64,000 nt of DNA from Neoechinorhynchus agilis. Its lineage: Eukaryota; Animalia; Acanthocephala. The position numbers and the translations under genes were made by a program. Below the pieces are notes generated by a model that saw nothing but the letters and a program-made list of their open reading frames with translations, ran no database searches and was not told the origin of the DNA. Each line of letters starts with the position of its first letter. The stretch's first letter is position 1. The DNA lies in assembly GCA_051530055.1 (NCBI GenBank), contig CM121342.1:8447480-8511479 (forward strand), in the 5' to 3' direction. Shown piece by piece: positions 46,395-59,585 of the stretch.

Positions 46395-46824
46395 TTTTCC
46401 TCATCGAAAAACTTCTGAAATATCGGAACAAATAAGTTTCTTCAATTTTTCCGCCTTGTTAAGTTTTGCTCTTAGAAATAAAAGATATGTGTTGTGTAGA
46501 ATGGCGAATTCACAGAACGAAGTATTCTTGAAATTTACAATTTTGATTATTTCTCAAATTTTTAAGACATGCTCAATTTTTTTCGAATGCAGCTGAGTCA
46601 GTGTAAGAAAATAAATTACTTCAATTTTTCTGCGAAATAAAAACATTATTAAAATAATTTTTACTTCGACTGTTTTGGAATTGGGTAATAGATTGTCTCT
46701 TAAATCGTTAACAAACTTCATTTTTGATACAATGTTTTTCTGAGTTTAGATTGAAAAGAGTGGCTTCAAGTATTCGATAAAAACAAAATGTTGATGTTTC
46801 GGAATAAATATTTGGATGAACACA

Positions 46825-47968
46825 TTATCGTTTTTGTAGGATAAGGAATGTTTTTGCCCTAAACACCAAATATTTTGTTGCTAACAACGTTTCCGAATAT
46901 TTACCTTTTCCGTTAATGCTCACCTCCACAAAATCATACTGATTCTTTTCTTCGTAGAAAATACGAAAATGATCGCCGCTCGTTATCCGTAAACTTGAGC
47001 GACGTCTCCATTTTTGTTTGATGCCGACCGTGGGATCAACTCGACCCTCGGGGATAAGTTCAAGCAGGTGACCCAACATTGCCAAAAACTTGTTGGTGTT
47101 TTGCGGATCTTCTTGAGCCAAAGACACTAACGGTAGATGCAGCGCACTGTTGCTCGGCGGAAAGATTCCCCTTTCCAATGGAGATTTCAGCACCCATCCA
47201 TCTCCGTTGGTTGTCCTATTATAGTATAGCAATGTCCGTACTCCATTATCAAGGACCGCATTCGGGATAACACCTCTTGTTATCGTTATTCTAACCAGTG
47301 TTTCATAATCATCATTCCCTGGAAACATTGGCCTCCCAACCGCGAGTTCCCCGATAGTGCAACCAAGGCTCTTCATGTCGATTGATTTAGCGATGGGTAA
47401 ACTCACGATCATTTCCGGAGCTCGATAGTACGAAGTTTGGAGGTATCCATAAAGAGACTCTTGGTTTCGAAGTTGTACTTCAAGACCAAAATCAATGAGT
47501 TTGAATTGTTCAGGTTTACCTAGACAATTGACCATCATAATATTTCCTAGCTTGAGATCTCCATGAAGGTCTTTTAGCTTCTCTAATGCTTGCAACATTT
47601 GGTTATACCAAGGAAAACAACCGATTTTTTGGCGTTGGTCCAAATGTGTTTACCATTTCGTAGTGTTCAAGAATCATGCACGGATGACTGCATTACTTAA
47701 ACATTTCGAGGGACACTGCGATATTAGCTCGTTCTCCATCAACCTCTTTTATGGCATTAAACATCGTGAATTCGCAATCATACATGTCGAAGTCCCCAAT
47801 GGCGTTCTTCAATATTTTAACTGCAAGGTTGCTTTTTGATCCCCTCTGTTTGCATTTGAGGACTTCCCCGAAACTGTCCTCGCCAATTAAGTCTCCCAGG
47901 ATATAAACTTTATTATCGTGGCTAAGAACTCCCGCTCGCTTGATATTCTCGATCGCAATTTGAACCAT
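46825..47968 (-). pseudogene. HIPK-like kinase copy 4 (inverted partner of copy 3)
   Basis: ORFs 47693-47968 and 46825-47643. Shares the codon-92 TAA, the deletions, KLGN and DMKS with copy 3. Confidence 0.9.
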
Positions 47969-48384
47969 GAACGAAGAGAGATGAGTTTAAAATTGTAGTC
48001 TCGATTCAAATAGCTCGCAAGTGGATCCTTAAATTCACACAGTCTTCAAACATTGATCTCAGCAGCTTTTATACCCACTTGTTTATTGATGACATTGTTT
48101 TGAAAATATTATTGCAGTTCATGCCAGTCCATGTGATGTCCTAGTCTTGAGCAGTGTTTTGGCCAACGTTTTGTGTCATAATCATTGACCAGGTAAATAG
48201 ACGGATGCTTATATTGGCCCACCTTCCATTCGCGATCCAATGCTTCAACTGCTCGGTCGATAAGGTAAATGAAAGTAATCGCGAATTGTCTGAATCTCCC
48301 AATTATCGTTATAACTCTGGAAAAAAACTGAATTAGGACGAAAAATGTTTTCCCAAAAAGAATGTTTTTTTGTTAGTTCTTATA

Positions 48385-48565
48385 CAATCACCACCGTCCG
48401 CAAAATCTTAGCTTCTCTCCTTCCTCGGTTGTTGCTATCACGCTAGCAGCATTGCCTCGTTGTACTGCGAGCGAGATATTTTGTCCCAGGAATACACCCG
48501 CTAGTGCGTCGCCGATCGTTTCTCTCAATTTCTTAGAGAGATCCAGGAGCAGAGTGAGTGTCCGT
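48385..48565 (-). mobile_element. CRE-clade 3' end abutting the promoter of kinase copy 4
   Basis: KKLRETIGDALAGVFLGQNISLAVQRGNAASVI. Mirror image of 39940-40125. Confidence 0.85.
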
Positions 48566-48579
48566 ACCTTCGTCTCAAC

Positions 48580-49490
48580 GAGGATATGTACGGAGGAAGT
48601 TAAACATAGATCCGAACGCCTATTGGAGATACTGATACTTTCCTGGGTAAGATTGGCTTGCACCGAGGATCTGCTCTTAGTCCTTACCTGTTTATACTTG
48701 TACTCGACGAGATAACCTGCAGCTTTAGCTAAGGGCCTCCTTAGAACGTGATGTTCGACGACGACATCGTTCTGATCAGCTTCTCCTGCAAAGAACTCAA
48801 CGAGGATCTCGAGAAATGGAGAGGGTCGTTCGATGACTATGGCATGAGAATTTGCAAAGAAAAGACAGTTTATGTGGGTTAATGAAAGTAAACGCTTTGT
48901 GGATTTATCTCAAACCGATGATGACAAAAAATTATTTCTAACATGATCGCTAATCTCGACTTTATCTGCAGCAGGAAAGAGTACTAAACTGTCAAGATCA
49001 CTTTCGCTATATGGGGTCCATAGTAAACTCCGGGAGCGATATGAGTGATGAGATAACGGCTCGGATTCAAAACGGGTGGTCGAAATGGAAGAGCCTAACC
49101 AGCGTAATTTGCGACGGTCGAGTCCCATTAGAGCTCAAGGGACATATTTACAAAGTCGCGACAAGATCCGATTTACGGAGCCTAAACTTCGAACGCGACG
49201 AACCTGCAAATCAGGCGCCTCGGAACGACGGAAATGCGCATACTCCGTTATCCAGTTGGATAAGATCGAAAATAAATATGTGCTAGGATCCGCTCATGTG
49301 AACAAAATAGGCGACTTGGTTTGCGAACAGCATTCAAGATTAAATGGGCGATTAAAATGACAAGATCCGAACGAACTAGAGCGAATGGTCTCAAGCATAG
49401 AAATAGCAGGAGTTCGAAGGCGAGGGCGGCCTAAAAAGCGTTTTAAGGAATGGATGTGGTGCTGAACTAGCGACTCCAAAAAGCGAAAAG
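48580..49490 (+). mobile_element. RTE-clade LINE 3' fragment
   Basis: GKIGLHRGSALSPYLFILVLD, MFDDDIVL, FRYMGS, ARIQNGWSKWKSLTSVICD..PLELKGHIYK, RRGRPKKR. Confidence 0.88.
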
Positions 49491-50149
49491 CTTAAAGAAA
49501 GTGTGCGTGTTTCTCATCCGAAACAAAATAAAGTCGAACATAAGCCAAAATATCATAAAATTCATGCTTAGGATTTCTCCAATTTTACAAATAACGCCAC
49601 GCATTTGGATCTTTGGATTTCGCAACAAGTCTTTCATCAGAAACAAAATAAAGCCGAATCTAAGGCAAAAGATAATTTTATTCAACGTTTCGTCATTTAT
49701 GTTGAATTTCTTCAGAATGGTTTACACAAATACTAAAACAATTCTGAAGAAGTCCCACGTAGAGGAGCCCAATCTTGATCCGTACCAAACGTTAAGATTT
49801 ACCTTTTTTGTTTACAAAGCGGCGGGAAACTACTGAGGGATTTTGAGATCATTTGTCAATCGGGGATTATCCATTAGTTCGTGTCTTTATCCTGGTAAAT
49901 TCAGCTATATATTAATAATTTTTAGAAATTTAGAAGGGTGCTTTGCACATCTTCATTTTCTTTGGTAAGAGGATGCCTGCTGATCAACCAATACAGTTTT
50001 CCTGTTATTTTAAAATAAAGCGGAACAAATTGACAGTCCGTTTCCGGGAATGAAAGATTAGTTAATTTCTTTTTTATTACGAATTACTTTAAGCAAAACA
50101 ATATTTTACAAACAGCAGAGTAATACTGTCAAATGTTCTTATTCTAATA

Positions 50150-51141
50150 TAAACAATCGGTTTACTTATACTTATGAATTCATCCATCAGAGCGTTCGTT
50201 TGAGCCTCATAAAAGGTGGGCAAGATAATTAAATTGACTAAAATTTTATTTTGACTCTAGAAACACTTTTTTAAGTGAGGTGAAGAAATTGAGGTAAAAA
50301 TTCGATAAACTGATACGACAAACGGATCTTAGCAAATAAAATGCGAATGTAGATTAAGTAATGGTACTAATTTTACATCTATAAAAACCGGGCACGAGGA
50401 ATTTCTGAGATAAATAATAATTTCTTACAGTCAATCCGTCAATCAGGTGAAAAATAAATGTTATTACTATCGAAGGTTTGGAAGTTATTTGAACGCTTTC
50501 AAATTTGCATAATTTTGAAAAGTTAGGCTAAGTGCCCGCTGATTTTGAATAATCTTATGTCCGTTTAAATCGTAAATACTCCAAGCACACAAAGGAAAAT
50601 ATGGGCGCTTTTGTCGATATCCAATCCCTTCATCGGCGTGGATGATCTTCATCTTTAATAAACCATCAGTGAGATGATATCAATCAACTTGGAATGCGGA
50701 ATCGTCGTCTTTTTTGCCGCCTCTTATTAGAGAATTCGTCTAGGTATTCTTCTATGTAGTCCTGAACTGCCATTTTGTAGTCGCCGCTGATTCTGGGTAA
50801 CCGTTGATGACTTTTATTAGTGGCCATTTTGCCTAGAAATCGTAAGGGTTCTAAAGGGCCTGCCCAATGGTAAAACCGAAATATGATTATGGTCAATTCC
50901 TAGTTTCCTTAGATTATTTAATCCGACGAAAGCCTTCGAATGAAGAACACTTGCAACATTGAAAGAACGATCCAATCGTTTTAGGTTTATATAATTTTGG
51001 AAATTTCGCTGAAGAATTTAATGTGTACCGTTTGCATTGTTATTACTCGTCTTTGTTGGCTGTCGCAAATTCCAGGATTCGTCAGGGCAATAACAATCAA
51101 ATTCGGACTTGGAACCTCTGTTCCTTATGTTTCGACGATGC
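50150..51141 (+). repeat. Direct duplicate of 10820-11811
   Basis: By-eye alignment. ORFs 11667/50997 and 11693/51023 are nearly identical. Confidence 0.9.
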
Positions 51142-51142
51142 G

Positions 51143-51860
51143 TGGGCGCTTTTGTCGATATCCAATCCCTTCATCGGCGTGGGTTGGCTCTGGCCCTTCG
51201 AGTGCGGCTGAGCGCCTCCGATGTGTACAGGTCAGCCGAAAGGCTCGCAAAAAGGAATATAGCCGAAAGGCTCAAAAAGAAGATGTCGTAAGATCCTGAG
51301 TGTATGCGAACTAAAAGCTGTTTGAGGCTATGTGATAAATAAGAAACAAAACACTGGGAGTATAAGAGAAGAAGCAACAGTGCCGGTTTTTCGCACATTT
51401 GATCGATCGATGCAAACACGGGTCGCGTACAAAGCTCAATTGGACTGCCATTTTGAAGCTTATGGTGTCATGCCAAATAAAAGAAAACGAGCATTTTTCG
51501 TAGCATGGATGAACACGGAGATGATGGCTATTGTGTGCAAATCCGCGGAGCTTAGCACAGTGGAGTACGAGGATATTAAAAAGATTCTAGATATCTTCTA
51601 TGTACAAAAGAAGCCAATCGCGCAAGCTCGGTTCATCTTCTACAGCGGGAATGCGATTTCTTCGATGAAGCGATAACAAACGAAGAACAAGCAATTGAAC
51701 AACGAATCCGGGATCATATGATCTGGTACGTACAGCATGACGAAATCCGCCGGGCAACATTGAAAAAGCAAAATTCGAGCTTTGAGGATGTAACGAGGAT
51801 CGTCCAAATAGTGGAGTCAGCAAAAGAAGCAGAGAAGAGCATGACGAATCCGTCGTGAGC
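51143..51860 (+). mobile_element. Ty3/Gypsy putative LTR remnant plus gag fragment
   Basis: ORF 51332-51676 reads FDRSMQTRVAYKAQLDCHFEAYGV...YEDIKKILDIFY...AQARFIFY and continues by frameshift as IRDHMIWYVQHDEIRRATL, typical of Gypsy gag. The LTR assignment of 51143-51346 is tentative. Confidence 0.65.
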
Positions 51861-51924
51861 GCACTCCGAGCAAGTTGAGCTCATTAAGCGAGCGAGGCAA
51901 ATGGCACCAAAGAATCAACATGTG

Positions 51925-53395
51925 CCCAGCTCGGTTAGTCGACCGCCTGACTGGAGAGGATTTGAATCAATGGTCATTGAGCTCAATGCTGGAAAGTTTG
52001 AGCTCCTAGTATTAAATATCGAAGACGTCGCCCAAGTTAAAGAGCTAATATATGGGTTCGAGGCCGTAGCTCCAGGTCTGAAACTCGTGACTCCAGAGCA
52101 ACTCGGCCTCCTGGGTAGTTGCGTCTTTGATTCAAATGTGGAAGCTGAGATCGGCCGTATCATACCGAAATTTTCGTTGCTGTGCGATAGGTTGAGCGCT
52201 CTCTCGGCTCACGAAGCGTTATTTCTGATAAAGAACGCACTCTTTATTCCGAAATCAGCAACATTCTTCAAACATAAGGAAGGATTGGCTAAGCTCGACG
52301 GCAAGGCGAGGGCTTGTCTCGAGTGTATATTAAATGTCCAGCTCTCAGATGAGGCGTGGCGACAAGCTTCATTGCCTGTCATCTGGAGGAATTGGCATTC
52401 GGGCGCTAGAAGACCGTGCCTTGCCAGCCTTTCTTGGATCGTTTGAGGGGAGCCTACTAGTATCGAAGAAAATTCTGAGGTAAAAGTTTTGTCTTGACCA
52501 TGACTTTGTAATGGTAGTTGAAGAATGGTGTCAGCAGACAGGCGCTAACCATGTTCCCGTGAATGGCCTCAGACAGTCGATCTGGGACAGACCTCTCGTC
52601 GCGAGAGCTCACAGCTCTCTACTTTCAGGTTCTATCGACCGGGTCGTCCGAGCTAGATTGTTGGCAGTTTCAACACGAGAATCTGGGGCGTGGTTGGAGG
52701 CTGTTCCTCTGGCATCAGTGGGAACTCTTCTCACTGACGAGGTAACGAGGATCGCAGTGTCCTTAAGACTTGGTCTCCCGATATGCACGCCCCATCGCTG
52801 TCGATGTGGGTCTTTGGTTGAGGCTTTCGGGCGACACGGTCTCGTTTGCCGAAAGTCAGGAGGAAGGTTCTCGCGTCATTCTGAGATCAAAAGCGTAATT
52901 TCTCGGGCGTTGAGAACGGCGAACTTCCCCAACATCTTGGAACCCGCCCATCTTTGTCGATTAGACGGTCGTCGACCTGACGGAATTTCGGTCTTTCCGT
53001 GGCGGGAGGGCAAATGCCTTTTCTGGGACGCCACGTCTGTGGACACCCTCGCAGTAAGCAACATTCCATACTCTCTCGAAATCGCTGGAGGTGCAGCCAC
53101 TGCAGCGGAATGTAGAAAAGGTACGAAAATATAGGGATTTAGCAAAGGCCCACTATTTTGTCCCCTTCGGATTAAAGATGTATGGGGCGCTTGGCAGCAC
53201 GGCGCTCACTCTGCTAAAGGATATCTCGAAGAAATTGAGAGAAACGGCCGGCGACGCACGAGCACTTGTATTCGTGCGACCAAATATCTCGCTTACAGTA
53301 CAACGAGGCAATACTGCTAGCGTGGTAGAGACAGCCGAGGAAGGGGAGAAACTCCAATTTTGCGGACGGTGGTGATTGTATCAGAACTAACAAAT
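51925..53395 (+). mobile_element. CRE-clade non-LTR element, 5'-truncated (post-RT region, zinc finger, REL endonuclease)
   Basis: LGLLGS, HEALFLIKNALFIPK, QASLPV, RLLAVSTRESGAWL, RLGLPICTPHRCRCG, HGLVC, RH, LEP, DGRRPDG, WDATSVDT, QRGN. Confidence 0.92.
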
Positions 53396-53619
53396 AAACG
53401 TTTATTGGGAAAAAACAAAAGCCAATTCTAAATGTTTGCAACTTAGATGAAAGAGCATATTGTCACATTTTTATTAATACAATTTGTTATCTTCGAAGCC
53501 TGCTGAAAGCTATTTAACCAATTCATAATCCCACTTGACAAAATATGTGCAAAAGGTTTAGAAAAGTCCCGCTCCTTACTTCAAATTCCCTCAAAATGTT
53601 GGGTTATTTCTTCAAAAGT

Positions 53620-56600
53620 TGCGAGGAATATCAGCCAAACGTACTGAGATAACAAAAATTTCTAAATATCCAAAAGTGCAAAAAAGCTTGATTATTGTAT
53701 TTGAAAAATAATTCTACTGACCGTACATTTCCCAATTTTATGGACAAAAACGATTCCGAAAAAGTTTCGCAGGGTTACTTCTGAAAAAAAGTTACCGAAC
53801 AATTTTAGACAAACGTATTGAGATTGTGAGGAAATCTATCAACAACCAAAATTTCTTAATATCCAAAAGTGTAAAAAGCCTGATTATTGTACTTGAACAA
53901 TAATTCTACTGACCGTCCATTTCCTAATTTTACAGACAAAAACGATTCAGAAAAAGTTTCGCAGGGTTATTTCTGAAAAATTTTTACGAACAATGTTAGA
54001 CAAACTTACTGAGATTGTCAGCAAATCTATCAAAAACCAAAATTTATTAATATCCAAAAGTGCAAAAACCCTCATTATCGTACTTGAAAAATTATTCTAC
54101 TGACCGTACATTTCCCAATTTTATGGACAAAAACGATTCAGAAAAAGTTCGCAGGTTTATTTCTAAAAAAAGTTTCCTAACAATGCTAGACAAACGCAAT
54201 GAGATTGCGAGCAAATCTATCAAAAACCGAAATTTCTTAATATCCAAAAGTGCAAAAAGCGTCATGATTGTATTTGAAAAATAATTCTACTGACCGTACA
54301 TTTCCTGATTTTATGGACGAAAACCACTCAGAAAAAAGTTCGCGAGGTTATTTCTGAAAAAAAGGTTCGGAACAATTTTAGGCAAACGTACTGAGATTGC
54401 GAGCAAATCTATCAAAAACCAACATTTCTTAATATCCAAAAGTGTAAAAAGCCTCATTATTGTATTTGAAAAATAATTCTACTGAAAGTCAGTCTCTCAA
54501 TTTTATGAACAAAAACGACTCAGAAAAGGTTTCGCAGGATTATTTCTGAAAAAAAGTTTCCGAACAATGCTAGACAGAGGTACTGAGATTGCGAGCAAAT
54601 CTATCAAAAACCAAAATTTCTTAATATCCAAAAGTGCAAAAAGCCTGATTTTTGTACTTGAAAAATAATTCTACTGATCGTCCATCTCCCAATTTTACGA
54701 ACAAAAACCACTCAGAAAAGGTTTCGCCGGTTAATTTCTAAAAAACGTTTCCGAACAATGCTAGACAGAGGTACTGAGATTGCGAGCAAATCTATCAAAA
54801 ACCGAAATTTCTTAATATCCAAAAGTGCAAAAAGCCTCATTGTTGTATTTGAAAAATAATTCTACCGACCGTACATTTCCGAATTTTATGGACAAAAGCG
54901 AATTAGAAATAGTTTCGCAGGTTTATTTCTAAAAAAATTTCCGAACAATGTTAGACAAACGCAATGAGATTGCGAGCAAATCTATCAAAAACGGCCTGTT
55001 GTATTTGAAAATAATTCTACCGACCGTACATTTCCGAATTTATACAAAAGCGAATTAGAAATAGTTTCAGGTTTATTTCAAAAAAATTTCCGAACAATGT
55101 TAGACAAACGCAATGAGATTGCGAGCAAATCTATCAAAAACGAAATTTCTTAATATCCAAAAGTGCAAAAAGCGTCATGATTGTATTTGAAAAATAATTC
55201 TGCTGACCGCACATTTCTCGCTTTTATGGACAAAAACCATACAGAAGTTTCGCAAGGTTATTTCTGAAAAAAAGGTTCCGAACAATTTTAGGCAAACGTA
55301 CTGAGATTGCGAGCAAATCTATCAAAAACCAAAATTTCTTAATATCCAAAAGTGCAAAAAGCCTGATTTTTGTACTTGAAAAATAATTCTACTGACCGTC
55401 CATCACCCAATTTTATGAACAAAAACCACTCAGAAAAGGTTTCGCCGGTTAATTTCTAAAAAAAGTTTCCGAACAATGCTAGACAAACGAAATGAGATTG
55501 CTAGGAAATCTATCAAAAACCAAAATTTCTTAATATCCAAAAGTGCAAAAAGCGTCATTGCTGTATTTGAAAAATAATTCTACCGACCGTACATTTCCGA
55601 ATTTTATGGACAAAAACGATACAGAAAAAGTTTCGCAGGGTTATTTCTGAAAAAAGTTTACGAACAATGTTAGACAAACGTACTGAGATTGTCAGCAAAT
55701 CTATCAAAACCCAAAAATTTTCTACATCCAAAAGTGATAAAAACCCTCAATATTGTATTTGAAAAATAATTCTACTGACCGCACATTTCCTGATTTTATG
55801 GACGAAAACGATTCCGAAGAAGGTTCGCAGGGTTATTTCTGAAAAAGTTACCGAACAATTTTAGACAAACGTACTGAGATTGTAAGCAAATCTATCAAAA
55901 ACCGAAATTTCTTTATATCCCAAAGTGCAAAAAGCCTGATTATTGTTCTTGAAAAATAATTCTACCGACCGTACATTTCCCAGTTTTATGGACAAAAACG
56001 ATACAGAAAAAGTTTCGCAGGGTTATTTCTGAAAAAAGTTTACGAACAATGTTAGACAAACGTACTGAGATTGTCAGCAAATCTATCAAAAACCAAAATT
56101 TTTTTATATTCAAAAGTGCAAAAACCCTCAATATTGTATTTGAAAAATAATTCTACTTACCGCACATTTCCTGATTTTATGGACGAAAACGATTCCGAAA
56201 AAGGTTCGCAGGGTTATTTCTGAAAAAGTTACCGAACAATTTTAGACAAACGTACTGAGATTGTAAGCAAATCTATCAAAACCGAAATTTCTTTATATCC
56301 AAAAGTGCAAAATGCCTCATTGTTGTATATGAAAAATAATTCTACCGACCGTACATTTCCGAATTTTATGCACAAAAACGAATTAGAAATAGTTTTGCAG
56401 GTTTATTTTTAAAATAAAGTTTCCGAACAATGTTAGACAAACGTACTGAGATTGCGAGCAAATCTATCAAAAACCAAAATTTCTTAATATCCAAGAGTGC
56501 AAAAAGCGTTATGATTGTATTTGAAAAATAATTCTACTGACCGCACATTTCCTGATTTTATGGACGAAAACGATTCCGAAAAAGGTTCGCAGGGTTATTT

Positions 56601-56787
56601 CTGAAAAAAGGTTCCGAACAATTTTAGACAAACGTACTGAGATTGTGAGCAAATCTATCAACAATCAGAATTTCTTAATATCAAAAAGTGCAAAAAGCGT
56701 CATTATTGTATTTGAAAAATAATTCTACTGACCGCACACTTTCCAATTTTATGGACAAAAACGATTTAGAAAAAGTTTCGAAGGGTG
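53620..56787. repeat. Satellite 1, about 191-bp monomer, about 16.5 copies
   Basis: AATAATTCTAC unit starts at 53707, 53899, 54090, 54280, 54472, 54664, 54855, 55010, 55193, 55382, 55573, 55765, 55955, 56146, 56335, 56527 and 56718. A degenerate partial unit reappears at about 59598-59690. Confidence 0.97.
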
Positions 56788-59585
56788 CGTCTTTGCACCT
56801 TTTTTGGGTCTGCCTCGTTTCCTAGTTCCCTCAATCTCCATTTATACTATTTCGTATATAAATGCGTCCCGAGTTCCATTTTTTACTTTCTCGCTCCATT
56901 TGATCATTCGTTGCTGAATTACTTCCTTCACATCCTCCACCTTGGTCGATCCACGCACATATTTATTTGGGATCATGTCTCTCCTGATGACTCCAGCCAT
57001 CCATCGCAGCATATTCATCTTGGCCACCTGTAGTCTTTTGATGTGGCTGAGCCATAAATCATCGTTGGTCGTTTCGCAGTCTTATACACGTGACCTTTTA
57101 TCATCAGTGGTACCTTATTATCACAAATGATCCCTGTGAGACTTCTCCATTTCATCCACACGTTTTGAATCCTGGCGCTTATTTCGCCTGTCATGTCGTT
57201 TTCCCTCGATACGAGTGAACCCAGATTTTTGAAGTTCTCAGCTTTGTTCAGTTGCGCATCTTGTGAGCAAATGGTTTTCGTTTTATCCTTCGAGATATGT
57301 CGATCATTTCTTTCCAAGGCCTCTCCATTTTTCCAGGTCTTAATGTAGTTCTTGGCATGTTTAGCTCGACAATACAATATTTTCATCAAATAAAATATTC
57401 CACGGAGCACCTCTATTTAACGGTTCGCTGATTACGTCCATGATTATCACGAATAAATATGGACTTAGTGCTGATCCTTGATGTAGTCCAGCTTTCCCGA
57501 GGAATTCGCTCGTGTTTCCGACCGGGGTTCTTACTATTATCTTGCATTCCTTGTACATGTCTTGTATTACTCGAACGTATACGGCTGGACAGAATTTCCT
57601 GCTCAGGCACATCCATATCAGATCTCTGGGGACGGTATCGTAGGCCTTTTTGAGGTCAATGAAGACACTGCAGCTCTTTCTGCTTTTCATAGCACTTTTC
57701 GTACAACTGTCTCATTGCAAATGTTGCATCTATGCTACTTCTGGCCGGCATAAAGCCTCTTTGAATTACAGATATTGATATTTCACTCTTCAAGCGTCGA
57801 TCAATTATTCGCTCGTACAGCTTCATCGTGTGATATATCAATTTGATTCCTCTGTGGCAGCTGCATTCTCTTACATCCCCCTTTTCCTTTGAAAATCGGG
57901 ATCATAACACTTCGCCTCCATTCGCCTGGAATCCGTTCAGTATCGAAGATACGTCGTACAAATTTAGTCAATAAATAAATAGCATCATCTCCGAAGACTT
58001 TTCAGACCTCTATCGGTATTTCATCTGGTCCGGTCCCTTTGCCGTTTTTCATTTTGGAAAGAGCTATCCTGACTTCGTTATTCGATATGATTTGTACTAA
58101 TCCTTGGTTCGATCTTTCATTTCCACTTTTTCCTCCGCGATTTTCGGAATTCAAAAGTTGTTCGAAATAACTTTTCCATCTCTCACGAATGTTTTCATCG
58201 TTGTGTAAAACGTTACCGTCGTTATCTTTGACTTGCCTCACATTCGTTACGTCCTTCGATTTTCGGTCTGGGATTCTTGCAACTTTGAATACATACGAGT
58301 TTCCTTCATCCTAGCCGCCTCTGCTTCTTGCTTCGAAATCAGCACCGCTACCTTTGCTCTTCTTTTGGCCTCCCTGTATATTTTTGGTTTTCTTCAGATG
58401 CCTCTTTTTTGGCTGTCACTGCTATCCGGACTGCATCGTTCCACTACCAAGTTGTCCTTTTAGGTCCTTTTCTCCCGGAGGTTTGCCCGAAAGTTTCCCT
58501 TCCGACGCACCGTATGAACTCTGCTGTTTTAGTCCACCAAACATTAGGGTCCACGATGTCATACTCTATATTGCCGATCACCATCTTCTTGAACTTGTCT
58601 CGACTTTGCGGTTCTTCGAGGCCTGATATTTTCTTCGATTGATGTTTCGAATTCGAAGATCGATCAATAATGGTCAATGTTATGTTGTGCATATTTCTCC
58701 TAGAACAATTTTTGAGTCTAACTTCTTTCCATTTACTTTGTGGATACAGAATGTAGTCGATTTGAGTTTGTCGTCCACCGCTACTATATGTGACAAGGTG
58801 TCTCGTCGGTTTCTGAAGAAATGTATTTGCGATCCTCAAATCGTTTGCTAATGCGAAATTTACAATACATTCGCCCTCCTGATTTCTGTTTCCGAAGCCT
58901 TTTCTACCATGCACTTGGTGACATCCTACGTTCTCAGCTCCCGCATGACCATTGAAATCCCCACAAACAGCGTATCGGTCCTCTTTCGTTACATTTCGCA
59001 TAACGTCATACAAGTCTTAGTAAAACTCGTCTTTCTCCTGCTGTGGAAGGCCGGCTTGTGGAGCATAACAGGACACTATTACCATACATTGACCTCCAAG
59101 ATCTATCTTCATCCACATCATTCTATCGCTTTTTCGGTTCACTTCGATCACTCCGTCTGTGTACGTGTTGCTCAAAATTACTCCGATCCCATTTCGTCCG
59201 GTTGATGTTCCATTGTAGTACAACTTGTAACCATCGCCCAGTTCCCTTGCTTTTGATCCCTTCCACCTCAGTTCCTGGACACATAGAATACCAATCTTTC
59301 TTCGCTTCATCATATCTACAACCTCCATTGATTTCCCCGTCATCGTACCCACATTGAGGGTACCGACTGTTATATTTCGCTGCTTCGTACATTTTTGCTC
59401 TTTCGTTAACTTATACACAGAGTTCAAGCGTATTCTCTGTGCGTCCCCTACTTGGGACGCCCTAGTCCGAGGTCTTGTATTCGTTTGATTGTTCATTTTC
59501 GGTTTTATTGGAGCGAAATGCTTTACATCCGGATGCCCTTCCTGCAGCCAATTCTCCCCATTTATCCGGGGCGTGGGACCTGCAT
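56788..59585 (-). mobile_element. Near full-length RTE-clade LINE inserted at the edge of satellite 1, with multiple stops
   Basis: ORF 59017-59658 (VGTLNVGTMTGKS...ILCVQELRWKG), ORF 58444-59013 (CGDFNGH, QIDYIL), RT pieces (DLKKAYDTVPR, GLHQGSALSP) and the C-terminal RGRPKK motif near 56800. Confidence 0.93.

Noticed and set aside
54960-55140. Short, deletion-rich satellite monomers as a distinct subfamily
   Set aside because: They look like a copy of the preceding unit with many single-base deletions, which is more typical of unpolished read or assembly error.
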